Part shown: one piece after another, positions 48,492-58,160 of the stretch
Layout: every line of letters starts with the position of its first letter
Position numbering within the stretch: the first letter of the stretch is position 1
Assembly: GCA_965223545.1 (NCBI GenBank)
Contig: OZ245006.1
Coordinates: 1,024,001-1,088,000 of the forward strand
Direction of reading: 5' to 3'
Source: Planctomycetota bacterium
GTDB lineage: Bacteria; Planctomycetota; UBA1135; UBA2386
DNA length: 64,000 bases
Position numbers and translations under genes: made by a program
The notes under the pieces: generated by a model
Seen by the model: the letters and a program-made list of their open reading frames with translations, nothing else
The model's database searches: none
What the model was told of the DNA's origin: nothing

Positions 48492-49624
48492 GACAGCGGC
48501 CACCCCGCCGCGCACCACTCGCGCAGGCGCCGCCGCAGCGCGTCGCGCACCCGGCGAAACGCCGCCAACCGGGCCTCGTCGTCGGCGGCGGCCGGGTCCT
48601 CGTGCGGCCAGTGCAGCCGCGCGACCCCGGCCCCGGGCACGGCGGGACAGACCTCCTCCGCGCAGAGGGTGATCACCACGTCGAACGACGCTACGTCCAC
48701 CGCGGCCACCGACGACGAGCTCGCCTGAGAGATGTCGATGCCGATCTCGCGGAGCGCGCGCACGGCGAGCGGATGGACTCCCTTGGGCTGCGACCCGGCG
48801 CTGGCGACGACGCTGCCGGCGGGCAGCGTGGCGCGCGCCAGACCCTCCGCCATCTGACTGCGGGCCGAGTTGCCGACGCAGAGGAACAGTGTCCGCGGCG
48901 CAACCTCGGCGTTTCTCCCGTTCTCGGACAGCCGAGTACCCGTGGATGTCCTGATGCTCGCGGCAATGCGGTCAGGGTTCATGCCCATATGATACGCGAC
49001 GAGGGCGGTCGCGTTGCGCGCGGTCTCCGACAGGACGCCGCGCCGCTGCCAAGCGCGCGCCGAGACCAGCACCGCCTCTGCCACGGTGCGCACCGCCCCG
49101 AACCTCCGCGCGCGGCGCACCAAGTCGAGGTCCTCCATCGCGCGGAGTGGCGCGAATCCGCCGAGCTGCCGGTAGGTTTCGGCGCGCAGAAACAAGCCCT
49201 GATCGCCGAACGGCAAGGCCAGCCAACGGCAGCGTTGCCGCACGCCCCACTCGACCAGCCGAAGTGCCGGCCGCGGATCGTCGATGCGCAGCGAGAACGC
49301 CCCGAGCGCGACCCGCGGATCGCGCAGCACGCGCTCGACCGCGCCGGTGAAGCCCGCGGGCAGCCGGGCGTCCGCATGCAGGAACAGCAGACTCGGTGCG
49401 CGGGCGGCGCGGGCGCCGGCGGCGAGCTGCGGGCCGCGGCCGGCCGGCGCCCGGACCACGCGCGCTCCGTGCGCCCGCGCCACGTCGGCCGTGCGGTCGA
49501 GGCTGCCGCCGTCGGCGACGATGCACTCGACCCCGGGCGCCCGCGCCGACGCCAACGCGAAGGGCAGCACCGCGGCCTCGTCGATGGCCGGAATGACGAC
49601 GCTGAGGCCAGGCAACACCGGCAC
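48488..49624 (-). CDS. Fusion of TIGR04283-like GT2 glycosyltransferase and thioredoxin-dependent arsenate reductase ArsC
   Basis: SVVIPAIDE, ADGGS.D, LFLHAD, PFGDQGLF, MEDL, SARAW; then LFLCVGNSARSQMAEG, SAGS.P, ITLCAEEVCP, LHWPHEDP, FRRVRD. Confidence 0.85.
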   Translation of the reverse strand: MPVLPGLSVVIPAIDEAAVLPFALASARAPGVECIVADGGSLDRTADVARAHGARVVRAPAGRGPQLAAGARAARAPSLLFLHADARLPAGFTGAVERVLRDPRVALGAFSLRIDDPRPALRLVEWGVRQRCRWLALPFGDQGLFLRAETYRQLGGFAPLRAMEDLDLVRRARRFGAVRTVAEAVLVSARAWQRRGVLSETARNATALVAYHMGMNPDRIAASIRTSTGTRLSENGRNAEVAPRTLFLCVGNSARSQMAEGLARATLPAGSVVASAGSQPKGVHPLAVRALREIGIDISQASSSSVAAVDVASFDVVITLCAEEVCPAVPGAGVARLHWPHEDPAAADDEARLAAFRRVRDALRRRLREWCAAGWPLS

Positions 49625-49719
49625 TGTTACCTCGCGATCGACTTCGAGTTCCGCCGCCGCGCGCCAAGAGCCGACCACAACGCTCGCGGAGGGAGACCGA
49701 CACCGTACGCTTGCCCCTC

Positions 49720-50532
49720 ATGGCATCGCTCGCCACACCCACTGTGCGGCCGAGACCGCACGCGCGCGGCCCGGCGGCAGCTCTCCTCCTGCTGGCCTCC
49801 GCGGGCTGCGATTCGATCGACCCCCTGCAGCTCAACTCGGCCTCCGCGCCGGTCCGGCCGGGGGCCCGGGTCGATCACGCGCCGTACGACGCCCTGTTGC
49901 GCACCTTCGTCGCCGCCGACGGAGACGTCGACTACCGCGGCCTCGCCAGCCAACAAGCGGCGCTGCTCTCCTACCTCGAGCAGTACGCCGAAGCCGATCC
50001 CGCACCGCTCTCTCGAGCAGACCGGCTCGCCTATTGGATCAACGCGTACAACGCGATCACCTTGGCCGGCATCGTCCACCACTATCCGACGGCGAGCATC
50101 CGCGACCTGTCGGGCTTCTGGACCCGCATCCTCACCAACTGCGGCGGCCGACTGGTCTCCCTCGACGACATCGAGCACCGCATCCTGCGGCCGATGGGCG
50201 AACCGCGCATCCACGTCGCCATCAACTGCGCCAGTCGCAGCTGTCCGAAGCTCCTCGACCGGGCCTACACGGGAGCCGCGCTGGAGAGCCAGCTGGACCT
50301 GGCGGCGCGCGCGTTCCTCGCCGACCCGGAACGCAACCGCTTCGACAGCGCGACGCGGACCGCGCACCTGTCGAAGATCTTCTCGTGGTTCGGCGAGGAC
50401 CTCGAGGGCGCCCCCTACGGCTCGGTGCGCGGTTTCGTGCGTCGCTACGGCCCGGCACTGCCGTGGTTGGCCGACGATTTCGCGGTTCGCCACCTGGCCT
50501 ACGACTGGAGCCTCAACGAGCAGCGCCAGTAG
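49720..50532 (+). CDS. DUF547 domain lipoprotein
   Basis: Lipobox SAGC; VDY, LAYWINAYNA, SLDDIEH.ILR, EPRIH.AINCASRSCP, LSKIFSWFGED, YDWSLN. Confidence 0.9.
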   Translation: MASLATPTVRPRPHARGPAAALLLLASAGCDSIDPLQLNSASAPVRPGARVDHAPYDALLRTFVAADGDVDYRGLASQQAALLSYLEQYAEADPAPLSRADRLAYWINAYNAITLAGIVHHYPTASIRDLSGFWTRILTNCGGRLVSLDDIEHRILRPMGEPRIHVAINCASRSCPKLLDRAYTGAALESQLDLAARAFLADPERNRFDSATRTAHLSKIFSWFGEDLEGAPYGSVRGFVRRYGPALPWLADDFAVRHLAYDWSLNEQRQ

Positions 50533-50569
50533 CCGAAAGAGCGCGGACGCCTTGGCCCCTCTCCGCTCC

Positions 50570-51766
50570 ATGCGCCGCCTCGTATCCGTCTATCGCGACG
50601 CCTACTCCGGGCTGCCGCCCCGCGTCTGGCTGCTGGCGACCGCGATGTTCGTCAACCGCGCCGGCACCATGGTGGCGGCGTTTCTCACGCTCTACCTGAC
50701 GGGACGCCTGGGACTGAGCGCCCTCGAGGCGGCACCGCTGGTCACCTTGTTCGGCGTCGGCTCGCTGGCCGGCGCCTACGCCGGCGGCTGGGCGACGGAC
50801 CGGTTTGGCCCGCGGGTGGTGCAGGGGACCAGCCTGGCGGTGACCGGCGTCGGTTTCCTCGTGCTGGCAGAGCTCCACACGCCCGCCGGCATCGGCGCCG
50901 CCCTGTGCGTGGTCGGCGCCGCCGGCAACGCGTTTCGGCCGGCGCTGTCGGCCAGCCTCGTCGCGCACTGCCCCGCCGACAAGCTGACCCGCGGCTTCGC
51001 CCTGCTCCGGCTGGCGATCAACCTCGGGCAAGTCGGCGGTCCCGCCCTCGGCGGTCTCCTGGCGGCGGTCAGCTACCGGTGGCTGTTCGTCGCGGACGGC
51101 GCCAGCTGCTTGCTGACGGCCGCTCTCCTGCTGTGGTGGACCCGGGGCTGGCACACGCGAGCCGAGGAGCCGGCCGTGGCGCACGGGTCCGCGGCGTCGC
51201 CGTGGCGCGACTCCCGCTTCTTGGGCGCGATGCTGTGCGCGACCCCGGTGGCGTTCGTCTTCATGCAGTTCCTCCACACGCTGCCGCTGTACTGGCGGGA
51301 CTCGTACGGGCTGGACGAGCAGTCGATCGGCCTGTTGCTCGCCGCCAACCCGACGTTGATCGTCGCCGTCGAAATGGTGCTGGTACACCGGCTGCAGCAC
51401 CGGCGCACCCTGTCGATCGTCGCCTCCGGGGTCGCCGTTCTGGGCGCCGGCTTCGCCCTCTGGCCGCTGGGCAGCGGCTTCGCGTTCGCGCTCGCGGTCG
51501 TGCTGGTCTGCACCGTCGGCGAGATGCTCGAGTCGCCGTTCTTGGGCAGCTACGTCGCCCACCGAGCACCAGCGGCCGCCCGCGGGCGCTACATGGCGGT
51601 CTACACGCTGCCGTTCTCGACCGCCCTGATCGCCGCGCCCGCCGCCGGCCTGCCGCTATACCAGACGCTGGGGCCGACCGCGCTGTGGCTGTTGTGCGCC
51701 GGCCTGTGCGCGGCGGCGGCGATCGGCTACGCCGTCCTCGCCCGCGCCGCGGAGGTCAATCGATGA
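50570..51766 (+). CDS. MFS transporter
   Basis: About 12 TM; GGWATDRFGPR (motif A), AINLG, APAAARGRYM. Confidence 0.9.
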   Translation: MRRLVSVYRDAYSGLPPRVWLLATAMFVNRAGTMVAAFLTLYLTGRLGLSALEAAPLVTLFGVGSLAGAYAGGWATDRFGPRVVQGTSLAVTGVGFLVLAELHTPAGIGAALCVVGAAGNAFRPALSASLVAHCPADKLTRGFALLRLAINLGQVGGPALGGLLAAVSYRWLFVADGASCLLTAALLLWWTRGWHTRAEEPAVAHGSAASPWRDSRFLGAMLCATPVAFVFMQFLHTLPLYWRDSYGLDEQSIGLLLAANPTLIVAVEMVLVHRLQHRRTLSIVASGVAVLGAGFALWPLGSGFAFALAVVLVCTVGEMLESPFLGSYVAHRAPAAARGRYMAVYTLPFSTALIAAPAAGLPLYQTLGPTALWLLCAGLCAAAAIGYAVLARAAEVNR

Positions 51767-51947
51767 ACAGCCACTCCAGCGCGAACATCACGACCACGCC
51801 GACGGCGGTCCACAGCAGCAGCCGCACGGTCGACCGGCCGGCGGCGCGCAGCGTGCCGGCCGCGGTGGTGTGCTTCTGCCCGGTGTAGACCACGCACACC
51901 ATGAACAAGCAGACGGTGTAGAGCAGGATGCGGAGCAGCAGCGTCAT
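51756..51947 (-). CDS. Small two-TM membrane protein
   Basis: 63 aa, two hydrophobic helices, GGAGG RBS, ATGA-coupled to the upstream gene. Confidence 0.6.
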   Translation of the reverse strand: MTLLLRILLYTVCLFMVCVVYTGQKHTTAAGTLRAAGRSTVRLLLWTAVGVVVMFALEWLFID

Positions 51948-52759
51948 CGCGACGCCTCCGTGCGCTCTTCTGCAATCGTGTAGGCGTCGATCATGACGAT
52001 CAGATTCATGAAGCCCGCCACCGTGCAGATCGCCACGCCGTGGTCCAGATAGAGGCCGGGCGGCCCCTCCTCCCACGGTGCCGTCACCAGCGTCGCGAAC
52101 AGGGTTCCGCCGCCGAACAACACCTCACCGATCCACCAGGCCGAGCGCAGGGGACGATCGATGCCGTGCCCCTGCGACAACCAGAGGCCCAGCCCCACCA
52201 TCAGCAGCGTCGCTGCACCGACCAGGATCCCCTTGTCGCGCTGGCCGAGCATCACGTGGCCGCTGCCCGGCAAGAGCCAGCTGACGGCGGCCGCCCACGC
52301 CGGCTCCGGACCCGGCGCGACGCGCCGGCGCGGTTGCGCCAACCAGTGGGCGTCCGCGGCCCACAGCGCGCAGACGATCCCCGAGGCACCGGTCAGAAAC
52401 AGGCCGAGGTGCTCGTGCGCGACCGGCAGCCGGATGCTGCGCAACCAGTCGTGCATGCCCTGTGGATCGCTGGTGACCGGCAGATCGCGCAGCAGGCCGG
52501 CGACGATGGTGCAGCCGAGATTGAGCGAGTCGGGCAGCATCTGCACCGGCACGCGTTCCAGCACGGGCTGCAAGAACGAGAAGGGCTCGAACAGCTGGAA
52601 GTACCACATGCGGTCGCCGACCAGCGCCCAGCCGGCGAAGAACATCGCCACTGTCGTGACCAGGGCCGCCGCACCGCGCAACGGATGGCCGAGCCGGAGG
52701 TGCGCCAGCCCCGGAACGAGAACGGTCCACAGGATGGCGGCTCCAGGGGTCGGCTTCAT
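51944..52759 (-). CDS. DUF6677-like membrane protein with internal duplication
   Basis: Two W..PG.[A/G]H..LG repeats (LVPGLAHLRLG; LLPGSGHVMLG); VAGFMNLIVMIDAY. Confidence 0.65.
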   Translation of the reverse strand: MKPTPGAAILWTVLVPGLAHLRLGHPLRGAAALVTTVAMFFAGWALVGDRMWYFQLFEPFSFLQPVLERVPVQMLPDSLNLGCTIVAGLLRDLPVTSDPQGMHDWLRSIRLPVAHEHLGLFLTGASGIVCALWAADAHWLAQPRRRVAPGPEPAWAAAVSWLLPGSGHVMLGQRDKGILVGAATLLMVGLGLWLSQGHGIDRPLRSAWWIGEVLFGGGTLFATLVTAPWEEGPPGLYLDHGVAICTVAGFMNLIVMIDAYTIAEERTEASR

Positions 52760-52841
52760 GCGGGCGCGAAGGTAGCGGATAAGGGCCCAGATTCGAGACA
52801 CGCCTTTGCGCGCCAGGCCTCGTCGACGGACAGTCGCGCCA

Positions 52842-53201
52842 ATGACTCCGCAGACCTTGGCTCGCTGTGCCGCGCTGACCGGCGCGCTCGCCGTCGTCGC
52901 CGGCGCCCTGGGCTCGCACGGCCTCGCCGAACGCCTCGCCCTCAACGGGCACGTTGCGACGTGGGACACGGCGGTGCGCTACCACCTCGCCCACGCCGTC
53001 GCCCTGCTGGCCCTGGCCGGGCTGGCTGCCCGCGGCAAGCGCGCCACCTTCGCGGCGACCGGCATGTTGCTCGGCACCGCCATCTTCTCGGGCACTCTGT
53101 ACGCGATCGCGCTCGGCGGGCCGAGTTGGCTCGGCATGATCACTCCCGTCGGTGGCGTGCTGCTCGTCTGCGGCTGGCTGGCGACCGCGCTGCCCCGATG
53201 A
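52842..53201 (+). CDS. DUF423 (YgdD/TMEM256) membrane protein
   Basis: GALGSHGL, TAVRYHLAHA, FSGTLY, LGMITPVGG. Confidence 0.9.
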   Translation: MTPQTLARCAALTGALAVVAGALGSHGLAERLALNGHVATWDTAVRYHLAHAVALLALAGLAARGKRATFAATGMLLGTAIFSGTLYAIALGGPSWLGMITPVGGVLLVCGWLATALPR

Positions 53202-53374
53202 ACGCGGCCACCCGGCCCCAACCGCCGGGACGCGGTTTTCGGCCGACGGACAACCGAGTATGATGGCGCGCAGACGATCGACGACCGAGCCGACCGGCAC
53301 GGCTTCGCCTGCGCCCGGCCGGCCGAGACGAAAGCCCCATCCCAACGAGGCCCGACCGTGACCGAGGCCCCACC

Positions 53375-54184
53375 GTGACCCGCGAGGTCCACGAGATTCC
53401 CCCCGCCCGACGCAGCGTGCGCTGGGGGTCGCTGGCTGCCGTACGCTGGCCGCTCGGCTTGGCGGGCGGGGTGCTGGCGGTGGCCGGCGGATTGGTGGCG
53501 TGGATGCTGCTGCTGTCGCGCGGCGTGCTCGCCGACGAGGCCGACCTCGACCGCGGCGCCGTGCGCGGCCACGCGACGGTGACCGGCGTGCAGGCCACCG
53601 ACGCGCGCATCGACGGCGTCCCCGCCGAGCGCGTGACCTACTCCTTCGAGACCGACGACGGCATCGCGATCGCCGACCAGCTCTGCTGGGCGCGGCGCGA
53701 TCAGTTTGCCGCCGGCAGCGTCCAGCCAGTCGAGTACTTGGCGACGCGGCCGGAGGTCAACCGACTGATCGGCGCCCGCCTGTGTCTCTTGACCGACCGC
53801 GCCGGCGCGGTGTTCCGCTGGGTGTGCGCCCCCGGGCTGTTGCTCCTGCTGCTGTGGGCCGCCGGTGTCTGGCGTCAACAACGGATGCTCGCCGCCGGCG
53901 ACGTCACCGTCGCTCTGCCGACCCGCATCGAACGCGTCGCCGGCATCGTGCCGGTCACCCTGCGGGTGCACTACCGCTTCCGCGACCACAACGCGCGCTG
54001 GTGCGAGGGATGGCACTGGGTGCGGGCGCGCTCGGAGCTCGGCGGCCGGCTGACCGCGATGCGCCGCGAGCTGGTCCTGGTCCACGACCGGCGCCGCCCG
54101 GAGCTCAATCGGCTGGTCATCGCCAGCGACTTCCACGCGCACCGCCGCCAGCGCGCCGAGGGGGAACCAGCGCAGAGGGTATGA
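53375..54184 (+). CDS. Hypothetical membrane protein (DUF3592-like)
   Basis: Two TM segments each followed by a V.Y.F beta domain. Confidence 0.6.
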   Translation: MTREVHEIPPARRSVRWGSLAAVRWPLGLAGGVLAVAGGLVAWMLLLSRGVLADEADLDRGAVRGHATVTGVQATDARIDGVPAERVTYSFETDDGIAIADQLCWARRDQFAAGSVQPVEYLATRPEVNRLIGARLCLLTDRAGAVFRWVCAPGLLLLLLWAAGVWRQQRMLAAGDVTVALPTRIERVAGIVPVTLRVHYRFRDHNARWCEGWHWVRARSELGGRLTAMRRELVLVHDRRRPELNRLVIASDFHAHRRQRAEGEPAQRV

Positions 54185-54774
54185 CCGCCGCGCGGCTCTT
54201 CCGGACCACTCCGATACGCATGGCAACCGAGGTCGGTGGGCGTGAGGCCGCGATGAGCGGCAGAGGCGTCGAGGTGGCGAACGCCAGCGATCGCCCGCCC
54301 ACCGAGGCCAGCGCCGCGTGGGGTGCGGGGGTCACCTGGCTGCACGCGGCCGTCGTGCTGATCTCCGCCGGCGTGGGCTGGTCGCTGTGGACGGGCGCGC
54401 CGGTGCTCGAAGCCCTGCGCAGTGGACGCGGCCCCGGCGCACTGCCGCTCGGACTCTTGATCGCGCCCGGGATCGCCTGCTCCGGCGTCGGCGTGCGCGC
54501 TGTGTGGCGCGCACGCACCATTGTGCAGCACGGCGCGCTGCGACCGGTGACCGTCGAGTTCATCGCCCGCGGGCCGGGTTCGAGCCGCTGGCTCTGGGTA
54601 CACTACCGCTACCGCGACGACCGCGGCGGACAGCACCGCGCCCGCAACCGCGTGCGCCGCGACTCTCCGCTAGCCGAAGCCGTCATGTACCGAGATCGGC
54701 TGTGCGCGGCACAGCTCGAGCCACCCGACGGCCCAACCCAGCTCCTGCGCGGCCGCGCGCCCGGCCAAGCATGA
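54181..54774 (+). CDS. Hypothetical membrane protein, related to the C-terminal half of the upstream gene
   Basis: Two TM segments plus VHYRYRD; ATGA overlaps at both ends; start may be 54253. Confidence 0.55.
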   Translation: MTAARLFRTTPIRMATEVGGREAAMSGRGVEVANASDRPPTEASAAWGAGVTWLHAAVVLISAGVGWSLWTGAPVLEALRSGRGPGALPLGLLIAPGIACSGVGVRAVWRARTIVQHGALRPVTVEFIARGPGSSRWLWVHYRYRDDRGGQHRARNRVRRDSPLAEAVMYRDRLCAAQLEPPDGPTQLLRGRAPGQA

Positions 54775-56714
54775 CCACAAGCTCGGTCGACGACCTGCTG
54801 GGGGCCGACGGTCCTGTCGCCCGACGGCTGCCGGCCTACGAAGAACGCGCCGAGCAGCGCGCGCTCGCGCGCGCCGTCGAGCAGGCGCTGCAGACGCGCC
54901 GCCACCTGCTGGCGGAAGCCGGCACCGGCGTCGGCAAGTCGTTCGCCTACCTGCTGCCGGCCATCGCGCATGCCTGCGCACACCACGGCAGTGGGCCCAT
55001 CGTCATCTCGACCCGCACCATCGCGCTACAACAGCAGCTGGAGCACAAGGACCTGCCGTTCTTGCAACAGGTCCTGCCGCTCGAGTTTTCCAGCGTCACC
55101 GCCGTCGGCCGCAACAACTACCTGTGCCTGCGCCGGCTGCACGGGGCGCACCGCGAGCGCGCGCTGCTGTTCGCCGACGCCGGCCACGAAGAGCAGCTGG
55201 CACATCTCATGGAGTGGTCGCTGTCGACGCGCGAGGGGACCGCGATGGAGCTCGGCACCCAGGTGGCCAAGGACGTGTGGGCCGAAGTCCGCGCCGAGCA
55301 CGGCAACTGCCTGCACCGCGCCTGCCCGCACTACGACCCCTGCCACTACCAGCGCGCCCGCCGCCGGATGGGCGGCGCGCAGGTCCTGATCGTCAACCAC
55401 TCGCTGTACATGGCGGACGTGGCGCTGCGCATGGCCGGCGCCAGCTACCTGCCCGCGCACAGCGTGGTGGTCTTCGACGAGGCGCACCACCTCGAGCGCG
55501 TCGCGCGCGAGAACCTGGGCCTGCGCCTGACCGAGGCGACCGTGCAGTGGCACCTCCGGCGGCTGCACTCGCGGCGGACGGCGCGCTCCCTACTCGCCGA
55601 GTTCGGCACGGCGCGGGCGCGCGCGCTCTGGGACGCGATCGACGGCGCCGGCGCGGCGTGGTTTGCCGAGCTCGACGCGATGTTGGCGGCGGCGGACCGC
55701 GCCGCGATCCCGCTCGGTGACCGCGAGCTCGACGGCGCGCTGGCGCAGCTGCTCGGCGAGCTGGGCTCCGAGCTCACCGGCATCGCGGCTGGCATCGACA
55801 GCGTCGACCGCAAGATGGAGCTGACCGCCCGCGCGCAGGGCCTGCTCGGCTTGCAAGCCGTGGTCGACCGGCTGCGCCGCGACGGCGAGACCGGCATGGT
55901 CCGCTGGGTGGAGAAGGCCCGCCAGGGCGCCGTCCTGCGCGCGGCACCGCTGTCGGTGCGCGAGCCGCTCGCCGCGCACGTGTTCGACGAGAGCCGCACC
56001 GCGGTCTTGGTCAGCGCGACCCTCGGCGCCGGCCGCGACCGCCAGTTCCGCTGGCTGCGGCGCCAGCTGCGCATCGAGAACGCCGACTGCCTGGCCTTGG
56101 GCTCGCCGTTCGACTACCGCCGCCACGTGCGCCTCACCGTCGAAGAGGCGCTGCCCGACCCCGCCGGCGAGCCCCGCGCGTTCGCCGCCGAGTCCAAGAC
56201 GCGGGTGCGCGACCACCTCGTCGACAACGGCGGCCGCGCCCTGGTCCTGTGCACGTCCTGGCGCACGGTGGCCGAGATCGCCGACTTCGTCCGCCCCACG
56301 CTCCTGGCTCTCGGCATCCCGCTGTTGGTGCAGGGCGCAGCACCCCTGCAACAGCTGCTCGCCGCCAAGCGCGAGCAACCGACGTCGGTGCTGGTCGGCA
56401 CCGACAGTCTCTGGGAGGGCATCGACGTACCGGGCGACGCGCTCACGCTGGTGTTGATCACCCGCCTGCCGTTCCAGCCGCCGGACCACCCGCTCACCGT
56501 GGCCCGCATGCGTGCGATCGAGCACTCCGGCGGGAACGCCTTCGCCGACCTCTCGCTGCCCGAGGCCGTGCTCAGATTCCGCCAGGGGTTCGGCCGCCTG
56601 GTGCGCCGCGCCACCGACCACGGCCGGGTGGTGATCCTCGACCCCCGCGTCCGGACCAAGCGTTACGGTCGAGAGTTCTTGGACGCGCTCCCGGACGGCG
56701 TCAGCGCGGACTGA
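54771..56714 (+). CDS. DinG/YoaA-family ATP-dependent helicase
   Basis: EAGTGVGKS, GRNNYLC, FeS cysteines, VNH, DEAH, SAT, WEGIDVPG, QGFGRLVR. Confidence 0.93.
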   Translation: MTTSSVDDLLGADGPVARRLPAYEERAEQRALARAVEQALQTRRHLLAEAGTGVGKSFAYLLPAIAHACAHHGSGPIVISTRTIALQQQLEHKDLPFLQQVLPLEFSSVTAVGRNNYLCLRRLHGAHRERALLFADAGHEEQLAHLMEWSLSTREGTAMELGTQVAKDVWAEVRAEHGNCLHRACPHYDPCHYQRARRRMGGAQVLIVNHSLYMADVALRMAGASYLPAHSVVVFDEAHHLERVARENLGLRLTEATVQWHLRRLHSRRTARSLLAEFGTARARALWDAIDGAGAAWFAELDAMLAAADRAAIPLGDRELDGALAQLLGELGSELTGIAAGIDSVDRKMELTARAQGLLGLQAVVDRLRRDGETGMVRWVEKARQGAVLRAAPLSVREPLAAHVFDESRTAVLVSATLGAGRDRQFRWLRRQLRIENADCLALGSPFDYRRHVRLTVEEALPDPAGEPRAFAAESKTRVRDHLVDNGGRALVLCTSWRTVAEIADFVRPTLLALGIPLLVQGAAPLQQLLAAKREQPTSVLVGTDSLWEGIDVPGDALTLVLITRLPFQPPDHPLTVARMRAIEHSGGNAFADLSLPEAVLRFRQGFGRLVRRATDHGRVVILDPRVRTKRYGREFLDALPDGVSAD

Positions 56715-56766
56715 GCGCTGGTAAGGCGGGTTTGGAGATCTTGTGGATTCTTGTCGAGCGCGGATT

Positions 56767-56780
56767 GAATGATATCATTC
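56767..56780. promoter_or_regulatory. Perfect 14-bp palindrome GAATGATATCATTC, candidate operator
   Basis: AT-rich dyad about 21 nt upstream of the SPFH start, in an operon encoding an Arc-like regulator. Confidence 0.6.
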
Positions 56781-56801
56781 CGATCTCGTAGAGAGATCAT
56801 C

Positions 56802-57704
56802 ATGACCGCAAACCGATCGCGTGAGACCATTGCCCGGACGCTGCCGGGCCTCCCCATGCTCGTCTTGGGCATCGCCCTGGCCCTGGCCAACATCGGCTGG
56901 ATCGTGCTCGCGGCGTTGGCCGACGACCGCGGCGATGGCCAGCAGGCGATGACCTTCGGCCTGCTGCTGATCCCGACCATCATCCTGACGGTCCTCGTGC
57001 TGCGCGGCCTGACGCTGGTCAACCCCAACCAAGCCAAGGTGGTGCTCCTGTTCGGCAGCTACGTCGGCTCGATCCGCGACGCCGGCCTGTTCTGGGTCAA
57101 CCCGTTCACCGTCCGCCGTCACATCTCGCGGCGCGTGCACAACTTCAACAGCGACACGCTGAAGGTGAACGACCTGCGCGGCAACCCGGTCGAGATCGGC
57201 GCCGTCGTCGTCTGGCGCGTGCACGACACCGCGCAGGCGATGTTCGACGTCGAGAACCACCAGTCCTATGTCGCCGTGCAGAGCGAGTCCGCGCTGCGCG
57301 CCCTCGCCGCCCGCCACCCCTACGACACGCCCGAGGAGGGCCAGACCTCGCTGCGCGGTGGCACCGACGACGTCAGCGAAGAAGTGCAAGTCGAGCTCAC
57401 CGACCGGCTCGCGCTGGCCGGCATCGAGGTCCTCGAAGTGCGCCTCAGCCACCTGGCCTACGCCCCCGAGATCGCCGGCGCGATGCTGCGCCGCCAGCAG
57501 GCCGAGGCGATCATCGACGCCCGCACCCGCATCGTCGACGGCGCCGTCGGCATGGTGCAGATGGCGCTCGACCACCTCAAGGAGCGCGACGTCATCGAGC
57601 TCGACGAAGAGCGCAAGGCGGCGATGGTCAGCAACCTCCTGGTCGTGCTCTGCTCGGAGCACGACGCCGCCCCGGTGGTCAACGCCGGCTCGCTCTACAA
57701 CTGA
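56802..57704 (+). CDS. SPFH (band 7) domain membrane protein
   Basis: [56 protein letters not shown]. Confidence 0.92.
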   Translation: MTANRSRETIARTLPGLPMLVLGIALALANIGWIVLAALADDRGDGQQAMTFGLLLIPTIILTVLVLRGLTLVNPNQAKVVLLFGSYVGSIRDAGLFWVNPFTVRRHISRRVHNFNSDTLKVNDLRGNPVEIGAVVVWRVHDTAQAMFDVENHQSYVAVQSESALRALAARHPYDTPEEGQTSLRGGTDDVSEEVQVELTDRLALAGIEVLEVRLSHLAYAPEIAGAMLRRQQAEAIIDARTRIVDGAVGMVQMALDHLKERDVIELDEERKAAMVSNLLVVLCSEHDAAPVVNAGSLYN

Positions 57705-57708
57705 GCCG

Positions 57709-57891
57709 GTGGCCGAGCGCAAGCCCTTTCTCCTGCGCGTCTCGCCCGAGCTGCTCGACGAGCTCCGCCGCTGGGCCAACGACGAGATGCGCAGTCTCAA
57801 CGGTCAGATCGAGTATCTGCTGCGCGACGCGCTGCGCCGGCGCCGGCGGCTGCGGGACGATGAGGAGCGTCCGAAGGGCTCCGGGCGGTGA
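57709..57891 (+). CDS. Arc-family ribbon-helix-helix DNA-binding protein
   Basis: [35 protein letters not shown]. Confidence 0.85.
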   Translation: MAERKPFLLRVSPELLDELRRWANDEMRSLNGQIEYLLRDALRRRRRLRDDEERPKGSGR

Positions 57892-58160
57892 GGGCGTCCA
57901 GCGATCCCGACTCTGGCCCACCCATCTCAAGGCGCCGAGCTCCCCGGGTCCTTTCGAAATCCGCACCCAAGCCGGTTCAACACAACTCACGGCGCCGCCC
58001 ACACCGTGACCTGGCTCAACGTTCCAAACGTTCGATAGTCCAACGTTCTGAACGTTGACCTGGTGAACCTCAGGCGCGGGCGCGTCGAACTGCGCGTTGC
58101 CGAACTGTTCCCGCGGCCCGCGGTGCCCCGTTGACCGCGATACCGCGCAGGGCGCACCTC

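Noticed and set aside
48100..48728. Short ORFs within the tandem repeat
   Set aside because: No recognisable motifs or RBS; their repetition is explained by the DNA repeat.
48428..51766. 1112-aa ORF
   Set aside because: Only the part from 50570 is MFS-like; the rest overlaps the GT-ArsC and DUF547 genes and reflects stop-poor high-GC DNA.
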